From assembly GCA_963663165.1 (NCBI GenBank), contig OY760175.1, positions 3,968,001 to 4,032,000 of the forward strand: a stretch of DNA of 64,000 nucleotides, read 5' to 3'. Positions 18,842 to 29,941 of this stretch are shown here, one piece after another (within the stretch, counting starts at the first letter, position 1; the number at the start of each line of letters is the position of its first letter). Under the pieces are notes generated by a model. The model was not told the DNA's origin. It made no database searches and saw only the letters and a list, made by a program, of their open reading frames with translations. The translations under genes were made by a program, and so were the position numbers. This DNA is from an uncultured Desulfospira sp. (GTDB taxonomy: Bacteria > Desulfobacterota > Desulfobacteria > Desulfobacterales > Desulfobacteraceae).

Positions 18842-20653
18842 TTACGGGTTTGCTTTCTTAAAGTCCGACACCTCAACGGTAAAATTTTGCAGGTTCTCGG
18901 GCAGCTCTGAGAACACGAGCATGAACGGGACCGTTCCTTTGGGTTTGAGATTCACATTGGTTTGGTTCATGCCCTCTTTGACGGACAGCCGTTTGTTGAT
19001 ATCGGCCATATTGTTGTTCTTTAATTCATCCTCGGAAAGAATGTTGCCGCAATAGGCGGTCAGGACTTTTGCCTTGACCTTTTCTTTGGTGAGCAGGGTT
19101 CCCCTTACCTGGATATAGCTGTAGGCAACCTTGGCCGGGTTCTCTACTTTTCCGGTAATGATGAACAGTTCTCCGGCGGTTTTGTTTGAAATGAACCGCC
19201 CGTTTACGTTTTTCTGGCTGGGAACAGGCTTGGGTTCAGGAGCAGAGGGGGTGTCGCCGGCTATGAATTGCTGGATAAACGGAATTTTCACATTGGATAG
19301 AAAGGGAATTTTATATCCCATGGACAGGCTCAGAGCATATGCACCGACCGTGATCAGGAAAACAAGAACGATCAGAATAACCGGTTTTCCCACGGCGGAA
19401 TTTTTCTTGTGTCTTCTTGGGGGGGCAGCCTCAAAGGCAATTTCCCGGTCTTCAAATTCCGAATTGTCTTTCTCCGCTGAAAGGTCTTCAGGCCGGCCAT
19501 TTATCCGGGCGGATGAATCTTGACCGTCTTCCGTTTCATCCATGTCCCCGGACTCTTCTTCCATATATTCAGCGTCGGTTTCCGGTTCCACCTCCTGGTC
19601 TAAAACCTGATCATAAGATGAAAAATCCGGCTCTTCCACTTCTACTGTTCCCGGTTCCGAAACCGGTTCCGAAAAATGGGAATCTTCCAGCTCAAGGGCT
19701 TTATCAGGGCTCTGGATCACCAGGTCGTCGTCGGCAAAATCAAGTTCAAACGCATCTTCTCCGTCATCTGAAAACAGGTCTTCTTCTTTTTGGGAAGGCA
19801 CTTCAGCGGCAGAATCAAGGGGCTCGATATCCGTCAGGGAGGCCGGTGTTACATCATGTTCCAAAGATTCTGCGGTTTCATCTGAAACCTCGGGCGCCGG
19901 CTCTCCTTCCGGAGGTACCGGTTCCTCTATAGAATCATCAAAATCCAGGTTGTCTGCCTCAAATTCAATATCGCTGTCAACATCCGTTTCCTGGATTTCC
20001 AGGTCATCAAATTCTTGAGGATACTCCAGTTCAAGCTCGAGATCATCAGACTCCGGGGGAGTCTCAAGCTCAAGCTTCAGGTCATCGGATTCCGGGGCAT
20101 CATCAAGCTCAAGCGCCAGGTCATCGGATTCCGGGGCATCATCAAATTCAAATTCCAGATCATCATCAAAATTTATGGAAAGGGTATCGCTGTCCGCTTC
20201 ATCCGGGTCAAGAGAAAGGCCGGTGTCCATTTCCAGGTCCAGTTCTTCATCATCAAACTGGATTTCAATATCGGCCTCATCAATATCGCCTAAGTCTATA
20301 TCTGAACCGGTTCCGCCGGTTTCGATGTCAACCTCCCCGTCACTGAAATCTTCATCAAAGTCCAGGCTGTCCATGTCCATGGAACGGGGGGCCTGAACAT
20401 CTGCCGGGTCTGCCCCGGCTTCAGGGGCCTTAGGGTCAATGCCGGTTTCCGGTTCCTCTTTGATCCCGATTTCTTCCTGATTTTCTTCAGGGGGAAGTTC
20501 AAGGGGTGGTTCCTGGGTATCGGACGGGGGCGGCAGGGGAAAGACAGTGAAAACGTGCCGGCATTTGCTGCACCGGACCTTTGAGCCCTCTTTTTTCACA
20601 AGGGAATCGTCAAGGGCAAAGGTTGTGGAACATTCCTCACAGGTGACTATCAT
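18842..20653 (-). CDS. Zinc-ribbon / DUF3426 membrane protein with long acidic linker
   Basis: N-terminal CEEC...VRCSKC, D/E-rich linker with 12-aa repeats (DDAPESDDLxLE), TM helix, C-terminal PFMLVF domain. Confidence 0.82.
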   Translation of the reverse strand: MIVTCEECSTTFALDDSLVKKEGSKVRCSKCRHVFTVFPLPPPSDTQEPPLELPPEENQEEIGIKEEPETGIDPKAPEAGADPADVQAPRSMDMDSLDFDEDFSDGEVDIETGGTGSDIDLGDIDEADIEIQFDDEELDLEMDTGLSLDPDEADSDTLSINFDDDLEFEFDDAPESDDLALELDDAPESDDLKLELETPPESDDLELELEYPQEFDDLEIQETDVDSDIEFEADNLDFDDSIEEPVPPEGEPAPEVSDETAESLEHDVTPASLTDIEPLDSAAEVPSQKEEDLFSDDGEDAFELDFADDDLVIQSPDKALELEDSHFSEPVSEPGTVEVEEPDFSSYDQVLDQEVEPETDAEYMEEESGDMDETEDGQDSSARINGRPEDLSAEKDNSEFEDREIAFEAAPPRRHKKNSAVGKPVILIVLVFLITVGAYALSLSMGYKIPFLSNVKIPFIQQFIAGDTPSAPEPKPVPSQKNVNGRFISNKTAGELFIITGKVENPAKVAYSYIQVRGTLLTKEKVKAKVLTAYCGNILSEDELKNNNMADINKRLSVKEGMNQTNVNLKPKGTVPFMLVFSELPENLQNFTVEVSDFKKANP

Positions 20654-20761
20654 GGATTTTCCCCTTTGGCTATTTTGAAAGTACCGATAAACTGTCGGGT
20701 TTCTTTCCTGATTTTGTGCGGGCCGTATCCGGAATGAAAAACCGGTGGCGATCCCTGCCGG

Positions 20762-21277
20762 CTATAATTTCAGATCATAAATTGCCGGCAGATTTCTATA
20801 CCGCTCATTATAATCCAGTCCATAACCCACAATAAAACCTTTTTCAAGGGTAAAACAAGAATAACTCACTGCAACAGAGGTCTTACGACGCTCTTTTTTA
20901 TCGATCAGGGTGCAGATTTTTACGGACCGGGGATTGAGCAGGTTGACAAACTCAACAATTTTAAGCAGGGTTTTTCCCGTATCCACAATATCCTCTACCA
21001 GAAGGATGTCCCTGTCTTTTAATTCGAGGTCCGGCTGTTTGGTAAAGACAATCTGCCCGGACGAACTGGTCCCCTCATAAGATGAGGCCCCCATAAAATC
21101 AATGTCATGGTCAATGGCGATGCGCCGGCTCAAATCGGAAAGGAAAATAAACGACCCTTTTAAAATTCCCACAAGGACCAGGTCTTTATCTTTATAATCC
21201 TCGGCAATTTGATGTCCGATTTCGCTGACCTTTGCTTGGATTTCAGCCTCAGTGATAAGGGGAATGAATTCAGGCAT
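20762..21277 (-). CDS. hpt: Hypoxanthine phosphoribosyltransferase
   Basis: GILKGSFIF, LLVEDIVDTGKT, FIVGYGLDY..YRNLP. Confidence 0.95.
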   Translation of the reverse strand: MPEFIPLITEAEIQAKVSEIGHQIAEDYKDKDLVLVGILKGSFIFLSDLSRRIAIDHDIDFMGASSYEGTSSSGQIVFTKQPDLELKDRDILLVEDIVDTGKTLLKIVEFVNLLNPRSVKICTLIDKKERRKTSVAVSYSCFTLEKGFIVGYGLDYNERYRNLPAIYDLKL

Positions 21278-21337
21278 AATCAATATCTGACCGAAAACCC
21301 ATGTTTGGACGGCTCTATCGAGTCGTCCAAACACTGA

Positions 21338-22282
21338 TTATAATCCGGTTTTTTCCAGCTCCTTTATTAACTTCTTTTGTTCACCAGTAAGTTTTTTAGG
21401 CAGGTCTATATTTACAAGAACATAAAGGTCTCCGCAACCATTTCCTTTCATATAGGGAATCCCGTATCCGGCCAGCCGCATCTTTGCCTTGTTGTTGGTT
21501 CCGGCCGGCAGGTTCAGGCTTACGGTTTTCCCGGTGGGGGTGGCCACTTGAATTTTTCCCCCGAGCAGGGCCTGGCTTAACTTCACCTTATGGGTGACGG
21601 TGATGTCATTGCCCTCAATGGTGGTTCCGGCAGGAACGGACGGGGCAGACCGAATATAAAGGTTTCCGGCAGGGCCTCCCCCGGGGCCGGGCTCGCCTTT
21701 GCCGGCCAGCCGGATTTTTTTGCCGTAGGTCAGCCCTTTGGGGATTTTGACCTCAATGGCTTTTGTCCCGCGACCATCGCTGATGGTGATGGTTTTGACG
21801 GTCCCGTTAATCAGTTCATCAATGGTCAGGGGTATTTCATATTCAAGGTCTTTCCCCTTCATCGGGGCCTGCTGCCGGCCAAAGCCCTGGGCCCCGCCCA
21901 TGTTCTGAAAAAAAGGGTTGCCCCCCATGCCTGACGAAAAACCGCCCCTGGTACCGCCCTGCCGGAATGACCCTGAAAAGCCGCCCCCGCCGAATCCAAA
22001 TTCTTTTAAAATATCCCCGAGATCAAAATTTCTGAAAATATCTTCCTGGGAAAACCGCTGCTGGAAGTCGGCTGATCCGTAGGTGTCATACTGTTTGCGC
22101 TTTTCCGGATCACTCAGTACGGCATAGGCTTCACTGATTTTTTTAAATTTATCTTCTAAGGCCTTGTCCCCTTTGGTTTTGTCAGGATGGTATTTCAAAG
22201 CCAGTTTCCGGTACGCTTTTTTTATTTGCGCTGCATCGGCACTTTTTTCAATGCCCAGTATCTGGTAATAGTCATCGGCCAT
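21338..22282 (-). CDS. DnaJ-class chaperone (CbpA-like, no Zn finger)
   Basis: J domain with HPD, G/F region, DnaJ C-terminal domains. Confidence 0.92.
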   Translation of the reverse strand: MADDYYQILGIEKSADAAQIKKAYRKLALKYHPDKTKGDKALEDKFKKISEAYAVLSDPEKRKQYDTYGSADFQQRFSQEDIFRNFDLGDILKEFGFGGGGFSGSFRQGGTRGGFSSGMGGNPFFQNMGGAQGFGRQQAPMKGKDLEYEIPLTIDELINGTVKTITISDGRGTKAIEVKIPKGLTYGKKIRLAGKGEPGPGGGPAGNLYIRSAPSVPAGTTIEGNDITVTHKVKLSQALLGGKIQVATPTGKTVSLNLPAGTNNKAKMRLAGYGIPYMKGNGCGDLYVLVNIDLPKKLTGEQKKLIKELEKTGL

Positions 22283-22351
22283 GGTTTATTCCTTTTAATC
22301 AATTATTCCGATATCTTGTATCTTAAGATGATAAGTTCGGACAGCATTTAG

Positions 22352-24247
22352 TCAAGACCGTCCTTCAGATGGTTTTTGGTTTTGAAACGCCGCAATGGCC
22401 ACCATGAGTACCGAAATGGCCGCCGGCGTCATGCCGTCGGTCCGGGAGGCTTGCCCCAATGATTTCGGTCTTATTTTTCCCAGTTTTTCCCGGATCTCGT
22501 TGGACAGGCCGTGGACAGTGTTATAGTCTATCTGGTCCGGGATCCGTATTCTTTCAAGATCTTTAAATTTTTTAATCTCATTGTGCTGCCGTTTGATATA
22601 CCCTTCATACTTGATTTCAATTTCAACCTGCTGCTGCGCCCGTTCAGGGACGGGGTCAGGGGGCGGGCTGATTTCTTTAAGGTCGGCATAGGAAAGCTCG
22701 GCCCGCTTTAAAAGCTGCTCGGCCTTGACCCCGTTGGAGATGGGATTGCTCTGGCGGGACAGAAGGTATTCGTTCACCCCTCTTTCCGGTTTGACCACGG
22801 CTTTTTTGACCCGTTTAATTTCATCTTCGGCCCGGCGCTGGATTTCCCGACACAGGTCAAGGCGCGTTTTGGGGATCAGGCCGTAGTCATACCCCTTTTG
22901 GGCCAGCCTTAAATCCGCGTTGTCCTCCCTGAGCAGCAGCCGGTATTCGGCCCTGGAGGTGAACATGCGGTAGGGTTCTGTTGTGCCCCGGGTCACTAAG
23001 TCATCCACCATCACCCCCATATACCCCTCGGACCGGTCCAAAATAAAAGGGTCCCGGCTCTGGACTTTGCATGCGGCATTGATTCCGGCCCACAGCCCCT
23101 GGGCCCCGGCTTCTTCATACCCGGATGTTCCGTTGATCTGGCCGGCCAGGAAAAGCCCGGAAAGCTTCTTGGTCTCCAATGCCGGCGTCAGTTCCAGGGG
23201 ATTGACATAGTCGTATTCAATGGCATAGGCCGGCCGCATGATTTTGGCCCGCTCAAGCCCGGTTACCGACCGGACCACCTCATACTGGATTTCCAAGGGC
23301 AGGCTGTTGCCAAGACCGGACGCATAGATCTCTTTAGAGTCAATGCCCTCATATTCCAGGATCACATGGTGGCTTTCCCGGTGGGGGAATTTAACGATCT
23401 TATCCTCAAATGAAGGGCAGTACCGGGCCGACCGGCCTTTGATATGTCCGCCGTAAAGCGCTGAAAATTTAAGGTTTTTCCGGATAATCTCGTGGGTGGT
23501 TTCATTGGTTTCCCCCATGAAGCTGGGCAGCATGGGGGTGGTGATCTCTTTGGTCAAAAAGGAAAACGGCTTGGGCTCAGCTTCAGAGCCGTGGAGCCGG
23601 AACGCATCAAAATTTATGGTATCGGCGTGGAGCCGGGGCGGGGTTCCGGTTTTCATCCGGCCCATTTCAAACCCTAAATCCGCCAGATTTTGGGCCAGAT
23701 CCACAGCGGCAAACTCTCCGGCCCTTCCGGCCTGGATTTTTGAAGCCCCGATATGAACGGTTCCCTTTAAAAAGGTTCCCGTGGCAACGACCACGGCACC
23801 GGCTTTATATTCAAACCCCGTGTGATCCACTATACCCTTAACCTGCTGATCTTCAATGGCAAGGGTCTGAACCATGGCCTGTTTTAAATCCAGGTTGGGC
23901 GCTTTTTCCAGAACCGCTTTCATGTTCCTGGAATACATGGCCTTGTCGTTCTGGGTCCGGGTGGCGTGGACCGCCGGCCCTTTCCGGGTATTCAGGGTCC
24001 GGTACTGGATGGCGGACGAGTCGGTCACCCTGGCCATGGCACCGCCTAAGGCATCAATCTCCTTGACCAGCTGTCCCTTTGCCATACCCCCGATGGACGG
24101 GCTGCACGGCATGGCCGCAATTTTATCCATGTCAATGGTCAACAGCAGGGTGGCACACCCCATACGGGCCGCAGCAAGGGCGGCCTCACATCCGGCATGG
24201 CCGGCACCCACGACAATCACGTCGTATTTGTTTTCTGTAAAATTCAT
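22352..24247 (-). CDS. mnmG: tRNA uridine-5-carboxymethylaminomethyl(34) synthesis enzyme MnmG
   Basis: VVGAGHAGCEAA, KTGTPPR, AGQINGTSGYEEA, EPYRMFTSRAEYRL. Confidence 0.98.
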   Translation of the reverse strand: MNFTENKYDVIVVGAGHAGCEAALAAARMGCATLLLTIDMDKIAAMPCSPSIGGMAKGQLVKEIDALGGAMARVTDSSAIQYRTLNTRKGPAVHATRTQNDKAMYSRNMKAVLEKAPNLDLKQAMVQTLAIEDQQVKGIVDHTGFEYKAGAVVVATGTFLKGTVHIGASKIQAGRAGEFAAVDLAQNLADLGFEMGRMKTGTPPRLHADTINFDAFRLHGSEAEPKPFSFLTKEITTPMLPSFMGETNETTHEIIRKNLKFSALYGGHIKGRSARYCPSFEDKIVKFPHRESHHVILEYEGIDSKEIYASGLGNSLPLEIQYEVVRSVTGLERAKIMRPAYAIEYDYVNPLELTPALETKKLSGLFLAGQINGTSGYEEAGAQGLWAGINAACKVQSRDPFILDRSEGYMGVMVDDLVTRGTTEPYRMFTSRAEYRLLLREDNADLRLAQKGYDYGLIPKTRLDLCREIQRRAEDEIKRVKKAVVKPERGVNEYLLSRQSNPISNGVKAEQLLKRAELSYADLKEISPPPDPVPERAQQQVEIEIKYEGYIKRQHNEIKKFKDLERIRIPDQIDYNTVHGLSNEIREKLGKIRPKSLGQASRTDGMTPAAISVLMVAIAAFQNQKPSEGRS

Positions 24248-24407
24248 AACGCCTTAATATAATTTTGACTGGGAAATAATCAAGAGATAAGAAACAAGAA
24301 ACAAGAGACAGGGGGAAAAAAGGGAGGGGGCTGTGTTTGCAAAATTGGGGATTATGGCATAGCATGGGCTTGATTTTTGTTGGATCATGGAAGGATTATT
24401 TTTTAAA

Positions 24408-25322
24408 ATGGAAAAACGGTATACGGATTATAATTCCCATTTAAGGGCCATGTTCGGGGAAAGGGTTCAAAAAATCAGTGTGGACGCGGGGCTGACCTGT
24501 CCCAACCGGGACGGGCGCCTGTCCCGGAAAGGCTGCATTTACTGCAATGCCAAGGGATCTGGAACCAATGCCGCAGCCAGAGGGCTTTCCATCAAAGAGC
24601 AGATTGAGGCCGGCAAAATCGGGGCCCGGATTAAATATAAGGCCAGAAAATTTTTAGCCTATTTTCAATCCTATACCAATACCTATGCCAGTGTCGGCCG
24701 CATGAAAGAAATTTATGACCAGGCCCTTTCCTGTGACGGGGTAGTGGGCATGGCCATCGGAACCAGACCCGACTGCGTAGACCCTGAAAAAATTGATCTG
24801 CTGGCCGCCTATGCCCGGAATCACCTGGTCTGGCTGGAGTACGGGCTTCAGTCCGTCCATAATAAAACCCTGGACCTGATTAACCGGGGCCATGATTTCA
24901 AGGCGTTTCAGGATGCCGTGGGCATGACCCGAGGCCGGGGCATCAACATCTGTGCCCATGTGATCTTAGGACTGCCCGGCGAAGACCGGGCCATGATGCT
25001 GGAAACCGCTGAAAAACTGGCCGAGGCCGGCATCAACGGGGTTAAAATCCACCTGCTTTACGTGGTCAAGGGCACGGCACTGGACACCATGTTCCTTGAA
25101 GGCAAATACACCTGTATGGAGCAGGCAGATTACGTGGATATGGTCTGTGATTTTCTGGAGCGGCTCCCCAAGGAAATGGTAATCCAGCGGATTACCGGGG
25201 ATCCCCATCCCGAAGAACTCAGGGCCCCGGCCTGGGCCGCCCGGTACAGGGAAACCTTTAACATGATCCAGCATGCCATGGAACAAAGGGATTCGTGGCA
25301 GGGGTGCAAATTTAAAGTTTAA
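24408..25322 (+). CDS. TIGR01212 family radical SAM protein (YhcC-like)
   Basis: TCPNRDG...GCIYC, YFQSYTNTY, GTRPDC, RITGD. Confidence 0.92.
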   Translation: MEKRYTDYNSHLRAMFGERVQKISVDAGLTCPNRDGRLSRKGCIYCNAKGSGTNAAARGLSIKEQIEAGKIGARIKYKARKFLAYFQSYTNTYASVGRMKEIYDQALSCDGVVGMAIGTRPDCVDPEKIDLLAAYARNHLVWLEYGLQSVHNKTLDLINRGHDFKAFQDAVGMTRGRGINICAHVILGLPGEDRAMMLETAEKLAEAGINGVKIHLLYVVKGTALDTMFLEGKYTCMEQADYVDMVCDFLERLPKEMVIQRITGDPHPEELRAPAWAARYRETFNMIQHAMEQRDSWQGCKFKV

Positions 25323-26218
25323 GCTGCAAATTGCACCCTTTTGCCAGTTTTTCATGATACTCAGCATCCAAGTCCATAAAAACCTGCCGGTCATCTTATT
25401 TGGGAACATATTTTATTCGAATCAATCGAAATCGTCCCGTCAGCTTCATCTGAAGGGCAATTTAAAATCTGATCCTTGAGTTGGTATGCATTGGAACTGC
25501 ACAGGCTCTCGTTGTTATATATCCGCAGATAATATTCAATATGACAGAGGCTGTCCATTGCGACACTGATTAAAGAAGGGTTATTTTTGATCTGAAAATT
25601 ACCTGCTGAACTCAGGTTGTCCAGTCCGGAAAGGGTTTTCAGGGAATCATTAGACGATAAAAGCATAAAAGAAACGGCCGTAAGATTTTCCAACCCGGAT
25701 AAATTTAATAAGGCGCTGTTATTCATAATGATTAGATTTTCAAGCGTGGTCAAACTTACCAAACCATTTAAACTGACAAGACGGTCGTTTTCTGAGACCG
25801 AAAAAAAAGAGTCAATATAGCTTAGGGCCTCAGAAAAATTAATATCCACAATTCCATAGTCTGAATTCTGATTTCTATAGACAACATGGAATCGATAGTT
25901 TATGGTCAACATGGAAGATTACATAAAAAATACACTATGATCACAAATAACGGTTGGATTCAATAATGTCAATCGGTTACAAGCCAAAAAATGCCATACT
26001 TGATCATTTTTTTATGACATTTTTTCTCATTCTTAATTTGACCCATAAAAAACAAAAAATTGTAAAAGACCCGAAAATAAAGGATCCTGGGTTATATTAC
26101 TTGCTAGTAAAAATTCAAATCAAGGCTTGTAATGTCAGCCCGCTTTTGATAAAGTATTGCATATATTTGGTTAGTTCTGAGTATATTTGCAATACTTTAT
26201 CAGGAGGTGCTGGTACAT

Positions 26219-26848
26219 ATGGACAAAACACCAGACCTGAAGCTGATTTCAGCCTTTCAGGAAAACAAATGCTGGATGATCCAACCACTGGCCGAGCGAA
26301 TGAACTACTCCATCCCTTCAGTTCGGCGATTCCTGGCCAAAACCGGTTACTTCAGCAGTTTTTCCCACAATGGGAAATGGTACACCCTGGCCTCGATACC
26401 CCGTTTCAGCAGCAAGGGTCTTTGGTTTTACCGGGATATCGGTTTTTCAAGACATGGCCCGCTTACCCATACGCTGGTGAATCTGGTCGAGAAAAGCACA
26501 TCGGGGATGACAGCCGATCAACTGGGGCAGTTGCTTCGGTGCCGCTGCCATGCCGTTCTGGTTCAATTATACCGCAAGGGGCAGCTGCAAAGACAAAAGC
26601 ACGGCAGTTCCTATGTGTACCTGGCCATCGATCCTGTCAAAGCCGATGTTCAGGAAAAAGCCCTTCAAACGGAATATACACCCCTGCCGGCGGAGTTGGC
26701 TGTACAGATCCTCGTGGTATTTATCCAGAAACCCGGTTTGGATTTGAAACAGTTGGCCAAATCTGTTTTTCAAAAAACAGGAGTGCGGATCAACACAGAT
26801 CAGATTCAAACGCTTTTCGATACACACGGGATAAAAAAAAAGGCCTGA
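26219..26848 (+). CDS. IS ORF A (putative DNA-binding N-terminal part of transposase)
   Basis: RBS AGGAGG; homologous to 50678-51343 (SxxxNGKxYTL..IP.F...G.W......FS..G.L..T...LV..S..G.T..QLG.LL); ends at A9 run. Confidence 0.75.
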   Translation: MDKTPDLKLISAFQENKCWMIQPLAERMNYSIPSVRRFLAKTGYFSSFSHNGKWYTLASIPRFSSKGLWFYRDIGFSRHGPLTHTLVNLVEKSTSGMTADQLGQLLRCRCHAVLVQLYRKGQLQRQKHGSSYVYLAIDPVKADVQEKALQTEYTPLPAELAVQILVVFIQKPGLDLKQLAKSVFQKTGVRINTDQIQTLFDTHGIKKKA

Positions 26849-28656
26849 ATTCCGGAGCCAAGGCCTGGCTCGCGCTCAGCCGGAATTTAACCCGGCTTTA
26901 CCACGATACACTGCCGGGGGCATTGTTCCCGAATCCCCCGGACGTCAGGTTTCGGCCCAAAGAGAATCGTTGTTCTTGCGGCAGGACTCTTTTTGTCCAG
27001 AAAACCAGACGAAAAACCGTGTTTACCATGAGCGGTCCTTTTAAAGCCCATGAGACCCTGTACCACTGCCGGACATGCCGAAAAGTTTACCGTTCGAAAG
27101 ATTTGCGGAACATCGTTGCCAGATATTGTAATGTGGCATGGGATGTCCTTGTCTTTGTCGGTAAAAGTCTTTACCATCGCTGTCTGACAACTGATGAGGT
27201 CTGCCTTGAACTTATGCTCAAAAATATTGATTTGAGCCCTTCAGAAGTCGAATACCTTGGACGCAAATTCATTCTCTACCTCGCATTGGCGCACCAGCAG
27301 GCCACCCCTCGCATTGAACAGGCCATGAACCGCAGCGGCGGATACATATTGCACCTGGATGCCACCCATGAAGGAGATGCTCCAGTTCTGATGACCGGGA
27401 TGGACGGTCTGAAGCAGATTGTACTGGGCAATGTAAAAATCCCCAGCGAACATACCGACCATATCGTACCTTTCCTTGAGCAACTGCAAAGAAACTACGG
27501 CCCCCCCATTGCCTGTGTCCATGACATGGGGACTGGTATCTGTAAAGCAGTGTCCCTGGTTTTTCCTGGTACCCGAGACTTTGTCTGCCATTTTCATTTT
27601 CTGCGGGATGCTGGAAAGGATCTGCTCGAACCCTCTTACGGTCAATTAAGAAAAACCCTGCAAAAACATGCCGCCACCACCAGGCTGGGTGAAATTATCC
27701 GCGATCTTCACCAACGGATTGATAACCATGCTCTTGATGCGGAGCACCTGACAGCTGCCATTACAGAAGGACATACGTTAGAAACTATGGATCAGACATC
27801 TTCGGCTTCGATCTATTCTCTGTGCCTGTGGTGCCTACAGGGTAAAAAAGAAGGAAACGGATATGGGTTCCCGTTTGATCGACCACTTCTGGCCTTTGCC
27901 CGCAGAATTGCGCAATTGAAAGATTCTCTACCCTCCATTCAAAAAAAGGTCCCCCGGGACAAAGTTGGAGAACGGTTATTTGGCAAGCTCAATAACCTGG
28001 CCAAAAATATCTGTAATGATCCCGATTTCATTCGATCTATTGATGATCTTGAATGGCGGACCCTGCTTTTTGATGACCTCCGGAGAAAAATGCGTATTGC
28101 AGATCCTTCCGGACGGAACGGCTTGAATGATGATGGATCGAACAAATCCATGAACAGTATCCAAAAAGCCGTAGGCCGATTCCGTTCGAGACTTGATAAA
28201 AACACCAAGTACAAAAGAGATCTGCTTTGTCAAAAGTTGGCTAAACAGATCGATAAATACGATGAACGACTGTTTGCAGATCCCATTGAGGTCGACACTC
28301 CGTCCGGAAAAATAACCATCTATCCTCAGCGCACCAACAACCTGTTGGAACAATTTTTTCGGGGGCTGCGCCGTGATCATCGAAGAAAAACCGGTAACAA
28401 CTCAATGCGGCGGATTTTGCATGCAATGCTGGCTGACACGCCCCTGATAAAAAATTTGGGAAATCCTGAGTATATGCACTTGCTTCTGAATGGGAAGAAA
28501 AATCTTGAAGAACTGTTCGCGGACCTCGAAATCGACGGATATGAACCTATTTCTTCAATTTCTCATACCGACCGGGTACTGCCGGGCTTTAGGAAATTGA
28601 TAATAATGGATAATCTGCCGGAAAAAATTCAACTGGCTTTGGAGAAATGTTCATGA
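26833..28656 (+). CDS. IS ORF B, DDE transposase (MULE/IS256/ISL3-like), probably reached by -1 frameshift
   Basis: YILHLDAT, VHDMG, CHFHFLRD, QRTNNLLEQFFR; A AAA AAG slippery site at 26833-26842. Confidence 0.75.
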   Translation, partial: KKKGLNSGAKAWLALSRNLTRLYHDTLPGALFPNPPDVRFRPKENRCSCGRTLFVQKTRRKTVFTMSGPFKAHETLYHCRTCRKVYRSKDLRNIVARYCNVAWDVLVFVGKSLYHRCLTTDEVCLELMLKNIDLSPSEVEYLGRKFILYLALAHQQATPRIEQAMNRSGGYILHLDATHEGDAPVLMTGMDGLKQIVLGNVKIPSEHTDHIVPFLEQLQRNYGPPIACVHDMGTGICKAVSLVFPGTRDFVCHFHFLRDAGKDLLEPSYGQLRKTLQKHAATTRLGEIIRDLHQRIDNHALDAEHLTAAITEGHTLETMDQTSSASIYSLCLWCLQGKKEGNGYGFPFDRPLLAFARRIAQLKDSLPSIQKKVPRDKVGERLFGKLNNLAKNICNDPDFIRSIDDLEWRTLLFDDLRRKMRIADPSGRNGLNDDGSNKSMNSIQKAVGRFRSRLDKNTKYKRDLLCQKLAKQIDKYDERLFADPIEVDTPSGKITIYPQRTNNLLEQFFRGLRRDHRRKTGNNSMRRILHAMLADTPLIKNLGNPEYMHLLLNGKKNLEELFADLEIDGYEPISSISHTDRVLPGFRKLIIMDNLPEKIQLALEKCS

Positions 28657-28706
28657 TTCTACAAAATCCAACTGAATTTTGTGGTCATAGAAAATACAGG
28701 AGGACC

Positions 28707-29941
28707 ATGTTTGATCATTCTAAGCACAATTTACCCAAAACTATATCGGAATTAACGCCACCACTAAAGGATTTTCTGAATACCACTCGAAGCAAATTAA
28801 AAGGCCATGAACGGCGCCAATTCATGGCACGCGTTGTCTCCCTTATGGGGCACGGCGGACAACTAAAGGCTGAAAGAGAACTGGGTTGGGATCGGAAAAC
28901 AATAATCAAAGGGCGACGGGAAATAGAAAGCGGAGTTACCTGTGTTGATAATTTTTCCGGACGAGGCCGGAAATCGTGTTTAGAACATTTTCCGAATTTA
29001 AAAGAGGACATAACTCGTATTGTAAACCCTATATGTCAGACTGATCCTACATTCCGTACCCAGAATTTATATTCCCCAATATCTGCGAATGAAGTATTCC
29101 GTCGATTAGTTGACGACATGGGATATGACCCTGAGAATATGCCAACAGTACGGACTCTATCCACCATAATGAATAAATTGGGTTTTAAACTGAAGAAGGT
29201 CGCCAAAGCCAAGGTAAAAAAAAAATTCCTGAAACAGACATCATTTTTGAATATGTGCATAGGACAAACCAACTAGCCGATGAAACAGATGGCGTTTTAC
29301 GTATCTCAATGGACGCAAAAGCCACTATTAAAATAGGGCCTTATTCCCGAGGCGGATATAGTCGTTGCAATCTTAAAGCGGCGGACCATGATTTTAAACC
29401 CGATTCCCTTTTGAAACTTTTCGGTATCAACATACCTGCTCTGGATGAAAATTATATGTACTTCACTGAAAGCAACATCACCTCTGATTTCATGATTGAT
29501 GCGCTGGAATCACTCTGGCCTTCTTTGAACGCAAGATTCGCCCCACATACACTGGTGATCAATCTTGATAATGGGCCGGAAAATAGTAGCCGAAGGAGCC
29601 AATTCATTAGTCGCCTCGTGGACTTTGCCAAATCAGCATTTGTAAATATTAGTTTGGTGTACTATCCCCCGTACCACAGTAAATACAACCCAATAGAGCG
29701 AGTTTGGGGTGTTTTGGAAAATCATTGGAAAGGCGAATTGCTGAACAAAATTGAAAAGGTTCTCGGTCTATGTCGAACAATGACATGGAAAGGAGAAAAT
29801 CCTGTCGTCAAATTAATCAAAGGTGTTTACCCGACAGGGGTACGTTTGGTCAAGTCCGCCGTGAATAATATAGAAAACAAAATTATTCGGATTCCAGGGA
29901 TTGAAAAATGGGCTGTTGATATTCCATGCTATGAGGAATGA
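28707..29941 (+). CDS. ISAzo13 transposase, frame broken at A10 run
   Basis: RISMDAKA, INLDNGPEN, YYPPYHSKYNPIER; two ORFs meeting at 29216-29225. Confidence 0.8.

Larger units (their letters stand above)
25935..28690 (+). mobile_element. Unclassified two-ORF IS (MULE/IS256-like DDE), 2,756 bp
   Basis: IR CTATGATCACAAATAACGGTTGGATT / CTATGACCACAAAATTCAGTTGGATT; 8-bp TSD AAAATACA (25927-25934, 28691-28698). Confidence 0.88.

Noticed and set aside
19995..20165. 36-bp tandem repeats
   Set aside because: Explained as coding repeats in the acidic linker of the DUF3426 protein
25954..26832. N-terminal ~290 aa of the 900-aa ORF as real protein
   Set aside because: Overlaps ORF A in another frame; ORF A has an RBS and a homolog in the second element, this extension has neither
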